Source: Lepidodermella squamata (Eukaryota; Animalia; Gastrotricha). From it: a stretch of DNA of 64,000 nt. Positions 57,701-64,000 of this stretch are shown here, piece by piece (position 1 is the stretch's first letter; each line of letters starts with the position of its first letter). The notes beneath the pieces were generated by a model, which saw nothing but the letters and a program-made list of their open reading frames with translations, made no database searches and was not told the origin of the DNA. Location: assembly GCA_047495785.1 (NCBI GenBank), contig JBLDXI010000023.1, forward strand, positions 1,054,001 through 1,118,000. Reading direction: 5' to 3'. The translations under genes and the position numbers were made by a program.

Positions 57701-59975
57701 AATCGGCCAAGCTGTGATACTGCTGTTATAGCTGTCGAAGCTGCTGATCATGTGCGCAAAGGGTGGCCCAGCCATATCAGTCGGATAAGGTAGTGCCGCG
57801 GTGTCTGGTTCAGGGAGTACAGATCCTTGCGTATTCCAGAAATGACTGCGTTTTAAATGTTTACAGAATACAAACCAAATAACTGATCTTTCCATTCTTC
57901 AATTTGGCTTCGCTTAGCTTTCACGAAGAACGAACATTTTTAAATGATAGAATTACATTGAAAAATAAAATAATTTGCTAGAAAACTGACGAGAAGGAAG
58001 ATGTTTGCGCGGTTAAGCCTGATTTGTAAATCCACTTGCGACCCACAACTGCTTCATTGGTATGTATTATTAAAATAAAATGAATAATACACAGAAATCC
58101 GCCAAGTACTGCAGAGAGGCGATTTTGTAGAATTAGAAAATTGCAGAAAGAAAAAAAATTGCAGAAAATTGCCTGCGGAAAGTCGGGTGTGTTGTTGTTT
58201 TGCGAGTTTTTTGCGCGAATCCTGTGCTTCCATCTGTGCTTTCCTAATGGTGCGTCCACAAACTAACTTCGGAGAGGGTGACTGTTTGTGCGGTTTCGTG
58301 GGCGTCCTTTGTTCAGCCCATTGTTCTCACATCGGGCGCGCAGTCCGAAGCGCGCGTTTGTGAACGAAAATCTCAAACTTCGGTCAGCGATTACGCAACT
58401 TCAAACGCTGAAACTTCGGACGCGTCTCCGAAGCAGTTTATGAACGTAACATAGGACCGAGTAACATTCGTACAACTCAAATCTGGAATCAAAATCACAT
58501 TTTACTCATTCCTTTCCGAAGAAATCATTGATTATCGATTATCGATTTCTACAAATAGCTAATTTTAATTCCGCCTCCAAGAGATGCGCCACGTTTCAAA
58601 GCAAATCAGCTTATTTTTTGAGATCACGCTTTCCAATAGAAAGAAAATGCAGGATATCGACGTTTACTCAAATATGAGAGAATATTTGAAAAATTCTTAT
58701 GCCAGAAAATAAGAATTATTTCCAGAAAATTCTGGACATTGAACAATTATCTTGGAATTCAATGACCTTGTAATATAATAATCTGGGGCTCGAATTTTAG
58801 GCAGGTACATCGAAAATACCCTGGCGCTGCAGGATTGGTACACGTGAAAAACCTTGGCGCTTAATCAACTTGGGGCAAGCAGCAATTGACTTACAATTTT
58901 CGGATGACGACATCAGAATCCGAACCCAGTCCGATGAAAAATGGCCCATAGGATCCTACGGTGATCAGTTTTACGTCAAAATCCGCAACCCATCCTCTCA
59001 TATATACATCAGCCATGCAATTCGCGGCTTGCAAGGAGACACTGCCGTTCAGAGGAATAATGGAAATCTGATTTGCATACAAACTTTCAGGCAAATTTTC
59101 CTCTATCAAAACAAGTAACCAACGTTGTACTTGTTATAATAACGCTGTGTTTGAATGACTATTCGATACATTGCACTGCCTGAATTCGTCAGCACGATTT
59201 CGCTGCCGCAACTGGGCTGTGACTCGGCAAAGGCTAAAACCGGGGAGGAAGTTATGTTCATCGGTGGAAGATACGCGGAGTTTGCGGATGAAGCCAGTTT
59301 GTAATCAGAATATCTCACATAAACCTTTCCGCCTACTTCGAGCTTGTGCCAAATCGTCGCACTTCCCCATAGCTGCTAAATGAATCGTAAATCGCAGCTG
59401 AGCCCATCGATTTTTCTGCAAACAATTTAAAGTTAAGGTCATAAAACTGAATGCGAAACTAACTCGGTATAATGTCAGCTGGTTGTCCTATTCCAAATCC
59501 AAACCAAGCGTTCGAGTTGCTGGTTTTATAGGTCACGGAAACCTCGATTCTAAACGGAGCCAACAAGCCAAGCTTATCGGATGTAAGCTAAAAAAATCTT
59601 GGTACGCTCAGTTACTAAAACTGGAACCTCACAATCAACCATTCCGAAAGTTTTGTTGGAGTTTGCCTGTGAGGAGATGAGCCGGACGCCATTTTGAACG
59701 TATTCAGCTGAGTAGGAGAGAGTCAGGCTCGAGTTTCCGTTTACATTTCCATCAGTTAGGTCGAAAGACAGGTCAGCTACGTAGCGTGGAGTTCCTGCCA
59801 GCGATTCTTGAAGTGGAACAGAAGCTGTGTCTGGTACAGGGTCGATTCCTGATTCAATTGCACCCAAGCCTAATTTTGATACAAATTTGATTTATGATTA
59901 TTACCATTTGAGATCTGTACCTGCAGACAGAATTATAACGATGAAAACTAAATATGACTTATATTGAAGCATCAT
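54714..59975 (-). CDS. Extended Cys-loop channel, copy 4, with a copy-1-derived segment inserted in exon 8
   Basis: Intact channel exon (54714-56009), own exons 1-7 at 57442-59975, insertion at ~56417-57325. Confidence 0.7.
56417..57325. repeat. Apparently identical copy of ~32140-33048 (copy-1 exon 8 3' part, exon 9, start of exon 10)
   Basis: ORFs 56684-57040 and 56702-57115 translate identically to 32407-32763 and 32425-32838 (offset 24,277). Confidence 0.92.
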
Positions 59976-62900
59976 CAGGCAAATTCCACAAAAATATGAC
60001 GGGAAGTGTTTTCATTCGCTTAATTTTTGTTCGTGATTCCTCCCAGCTGCGGCGCGTAGGCAGAAAGTGTTGTCGTTTTCAGATTCATCTCTTAGCTCGA
60101 AAGCGGGCTCTATGGCTTGAATTGCTCCTCTGAACTCAATTGCTGAACTCAATTGAAAGAGGTTTGAAAAATTAATTCATGAAGTGTTTGCTATCGGCTA
60201 ATTGACCGGCGGCTTCGAACATTTTCGAAAATTTTGACAATTTTAAAGGTTTGACACAACGCAGACAACAGGCAAGAGACTACATTCTCTTGTTCCCCAG
60301 CTGTATAGCAGTGTCATAGACGTGCAATTTGTCATCTAAAAAATTTCCTGCTGCGCCATGTTTTGAATTATTTATTATAACCGCCGAGCAACGCATTAGT
60401 TCGTTAGCAGAAGCTAGCATAACAGGCGCCTATCTGATGCATTTTGATTCGATTGTCCAGGCTCATAAGCTAAAGTAAAACACGGAAAAAGCAGTTTTGA
60501 TACATGCGATCAAAATGATTGATGCTTGTCTCTTCCTTAACGATGATGATCATTGATAATTTGTGTGAAAAAGAGCTACACATTAATTATGAACGATCGC
60601 TGAAAAGTGATTATTCATAATTTGTGCAAAACAACAAGTACGTGTCGATTTTCCTTGAAAAAACTGAGGTTTCAACGTCTGTTCCCCTATAGAAAACCTT
60701 GGTTCCGCCGGTATCAAAATTTTATGGTTTTCCCTTTCAGAGTTTAATCGAACCTGTTCCGGGGATCACTCTTCCCCCCATCGGTCATGAAACATTGTAA
60801 ATTGGTGTGATTTGCTGGGATAATTATGCTATCGTCTTAAATTCGTTCACAACGAAACAGAGGTTCCTCCGAGAATGCCACGCCTCACTCTTTTTGCGTC
60901 CAAATGACTCGAGACTCGAGCTAAGAGGTACCGAGTCCTCAGTTGATTGAGAGACAATTGAGCGGCGTTTAAGCTAGTTTGGTCTCTTTCTCGCCTCAGG
61001 CGAACACAGGGTGCGATCTTCGATCCCCGAGCTCCCGGAGATGGAAAATCTTTTTTTGCTGTTTTTGCCAAAATGACGAGTCATTTGGGCTTTTAATTCC
61101 GCCTCCAAGAGATGCGCCACGTTTCAAAGCAAATCAGCTTATTTTTTGAGATCACGCTTTCCAATAGAAAGAAAATGCAGGATATCGACGTTTACTCAAA
61201 TATGAGAGAATATTTGAAAAATTCTTATGCCAGAAAATAAGAATTATTTCCAGAAAATTCTGGACATTGAACAATTATCTTGGAATTCAATGACCTTGTA
61301 ATATAATAATCTGGGGCTCGAATTTTAGGCAGGTACATCGAAAATACCCTGGCGCTGCAGGATTGGTACACGTGAAAAACCTTGGCGCTTAATCAACTTG
61401 GGGCAAGCAGCAATTGACTTACAATTTTCGGATGACGACATCAGAATCCGAACCCAGTCCGATGAAAAATGGCCCATAGGATCCTACGGTGATCAGTTTT
61501 ACGTCAAAATCCGCAACCCATCCTCTCATATATACATCAGCCATGCAATTCGCGGCTTGCAAGGAGACACTGCCGTTCAGAGGAATAATGGAAATCTGAT
61601 TTGCATACAAACTTTCAGGCAAATTTTCCTCTATCAAAACAAGTAACCAACGTTGTACTTGTTATAATAACGCTGTGTTTGAATGACTATTCGATACATT
61701 GCACTGCCTGAATTCGTCAGCACGATTTCGCTGCCGCAACTGGGCTGTGACTCGGCAAAGGCTAAAACCGGGGAGGAAGTTATGTTCATCGGTGGAAGAT
61801 ACGCGGAGTTTGCGGATGAAGCCAGTTTGTAATCAGAATATCTCACATAAACCTTTCCGCCTACTTCGAGCTTGTGCCAAATCGTCGCACTTCCCCATAG
61901 CTGCTAAATGAATCGTAAATCGCAGCTGAGCCCATCGATTTTTCTGCAAACAATTTAAAGTTAAGGTCATAAAACTGAATGCGAAACTAACTCGGTATAA
62001 TGTCAGCTGGTTGTCCTATTCCAAATCCAAACCAAGCGTTCGAGTTGCTGGTTTTATAGGTCACGGAAACCTCGATTCTAAACGGAGCCAACAAGCCAAG
62101 CTTATCGGATGTAAGCTAAAAAAATCTTGGTACGCTCAGTTACTAAAACTGGAACCTCACAATCAACCATTCCGAAAGTTTTGTTGGAGTTTGCCTGTGA
62201 GGAGATGAGCCGGACGCCATTTTGAACGTATTCAGCTGAGTAGGAGAGAGTCAGGCTCGAGTTTCCGTTTACATTTCCATCAGTTAGGTCGAAAGACAGG
62301 TCAGCTACGTAGCGTGGAGTTCCTGCCAGCGATTCTTGAAGTGGAACAGAAGCTGTGTCTGGTACAGGGTCGATTCCTGATTCAATTGCACCCAAGCCTA
62401 ATTTTGATACAAATTTGATTTATGATTATTACCATTTGAGATCTGTACCTGCAGACAGAATTATAACGATGAAAACTAAATATGACTTATATTGAAGCAT
62501 CATCAGGCAAATTCCACAAAAATATGACGGGAAGTGTTTTCATTCGCTTAATTTTTGTTCGTGATTCCTCCCAGCTGCGGCGCGTAGGCAGAAAGTGTTG
62601 TCGTTTTCAGATTCATCTCTTAGCTCGAAAGCGGGCTCTATGGCTTGAATTGCTCCTCTGAACTCAATTGCTGAACTCAATTGAAAGAGGTTTGAAAAAT
62701 TAATTCATGAAGTGTTTGCTATCGGCTAATTGACCGGCGGCTTCGAACATTTTCGAAAATTTTGACAATTTTAAAGGTTTGACACAACGCAGACAACAGG
62801 CAAGAGACTACATTCTCTTGTTCCCCAGCTGTATAGCAGTGTCATAGACGTGCAATTTGTCATCTAAAAAATTTCCTGCTGCGCCATGTTTTGAATTATT

Positions 62901-64000
62901 TATTATAACCGCCGAGCAACGCATTAGTTCGTTAGCAGAAGCTAGCATAACAGGCGCCTATCTGATGCATTTTGATTCGATTGTCCAGGCTCATAAGCTA
63001 AAGTAAAACACGGAAAAAGCAGTTTTGATACATGCGATCAAAATGATTGATGCTTGTCTCTTCCTTAACGATGATGATCATTGATAATTTGTGTGAAAAA
63101 GAGCTACACATTAATTATGAACGATCGCTGAAAAGTGATTATTCATAATTTGTGCAAAACAACAAGTACGTGTCGATTTTCCTTGAAAAAACTGAGGTTT
63201 CAACGTCTGTTCCCCTATAGAAAACCTTGGTTCCGCCGGTATCAAAATTTTATGGTTTTCCCTTTCAGAGTTTAATCGAACCTGTTCCGGGGATCACTCT
63301 TCCCCCCATCGGTCATGAAACATTGTAAATTGGTGTGATTTGCTGGGATAATTATGCTATCGTCTTAAATTCGTTCACAACGAAACAGAGGTTCCTCCGA
63401 GAATGCCACGCCTCACTCTTTTTGCGTCCAAATGACTCGAGACTCGAGCTAAGAGGTACCGAGTCCTCAGTTGATTGAGAGACAATTGAGCGGCGTTTAA
63501 GCTAGTTTGGTCTCTTTCTCGCCTCAGGCGAACACAGGGTGCGATCTTCGATCCCCGAGCTCCCGGAGATGGAAAATCTTTTTTTGCTGTTTTTGCCAAA
63601 ATGACGAGTCATTTGGGCTTTTAATTCCGCCTCCAAGAGATGCGCCACGTTTCAAAGCAAATCAGCTTATTTTTTGAGATCACGCTTTCCAATAGAAAGA
63701 AAATGCAGGATATCGACGTTTACTCAAATATGAGAGAATATTTGAAAAATTCTTATGCCAGAAAATAAGAATTATTTCCAGAAAATTCTGGACATTGAAC
63801 AATTATCTTGGAATTCAATGACCTTGTAATATAATAATCTGGGGCTCGAATTTTAGGCAGGTACATCGAAAATACCCTGGCGCTGCAGGATTGGTACACG
63901 TGAAAAACCTTGGCGCTTAATCAACTTGGGGCAAGCAGCAATTGACTTACAATTTTCGGATGACGACATCAGAATCCGAACCCAGTCCGATGAAAAATGG
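58563..64000. repeat. Tandem 2528-bp repeat (58563-61090, 61091-63618, 63619->end) carrying exons 1-5 and upstream DNA of channel copy 4
   Basis: ORF sets repeat identically at offset 2528 (e.g. 58870/61398, 59574/62102, 60847/63375). Confidence 0.95.

Overview
Animal (invertebrate) genomic DNA with short GT-AG introns; the species cannot be determined from the sequence. (1) 3537-22058 is an apparently full-length 18.5-kb Polinton/Maverick (adintovirus-like) endogenous virus. It has AG...CT termini, ~216-bp imperfect TIRs and a perfect 6-bp TSD (TTTACG), and it splits an intronless Cys-loop ion-channel gene. It encodes pPolB, a PLA2-integrase-chromodomain fusion, an A32-type packaging ATPase, major and minor capsid proteins, an adenain protease, core/lytic proteins and a fiber-like protein. 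Less expected content: a frameshifted VLTF3-like late transcription factor; a TCTA(A/G)T motif before 9 virion-module genes but not before polB or VLTF3; an intron-containing Ly6/three-finger-like cargo gene; a tRNA-derived Pol III-type cassette; and a 1.8-kb modular hairpin minisatellite. (2) Host genes: two paralogous double-PAN/Apple secreted-protein genes, an EGF-repeat gene, a pepsin-family protease, and a minus-strand tandem array of four 10-exon genes. In each of those four, a signal peptide and two copies of an unrecognised domain are spliced in frame to a Ser/Thr stalk and a single-exon Cys-loop channel. The array shows recent rearrangement: a 4-bp deletion, a ~0.9-kb paralog segment copied into copy 4, and a 2528-bp tandem repeat running off the window end. 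Several single-base frameshifts lie in homopolymers and may be sequencing errors. All family assignments come from motif recognition by eye; no database searches were run.
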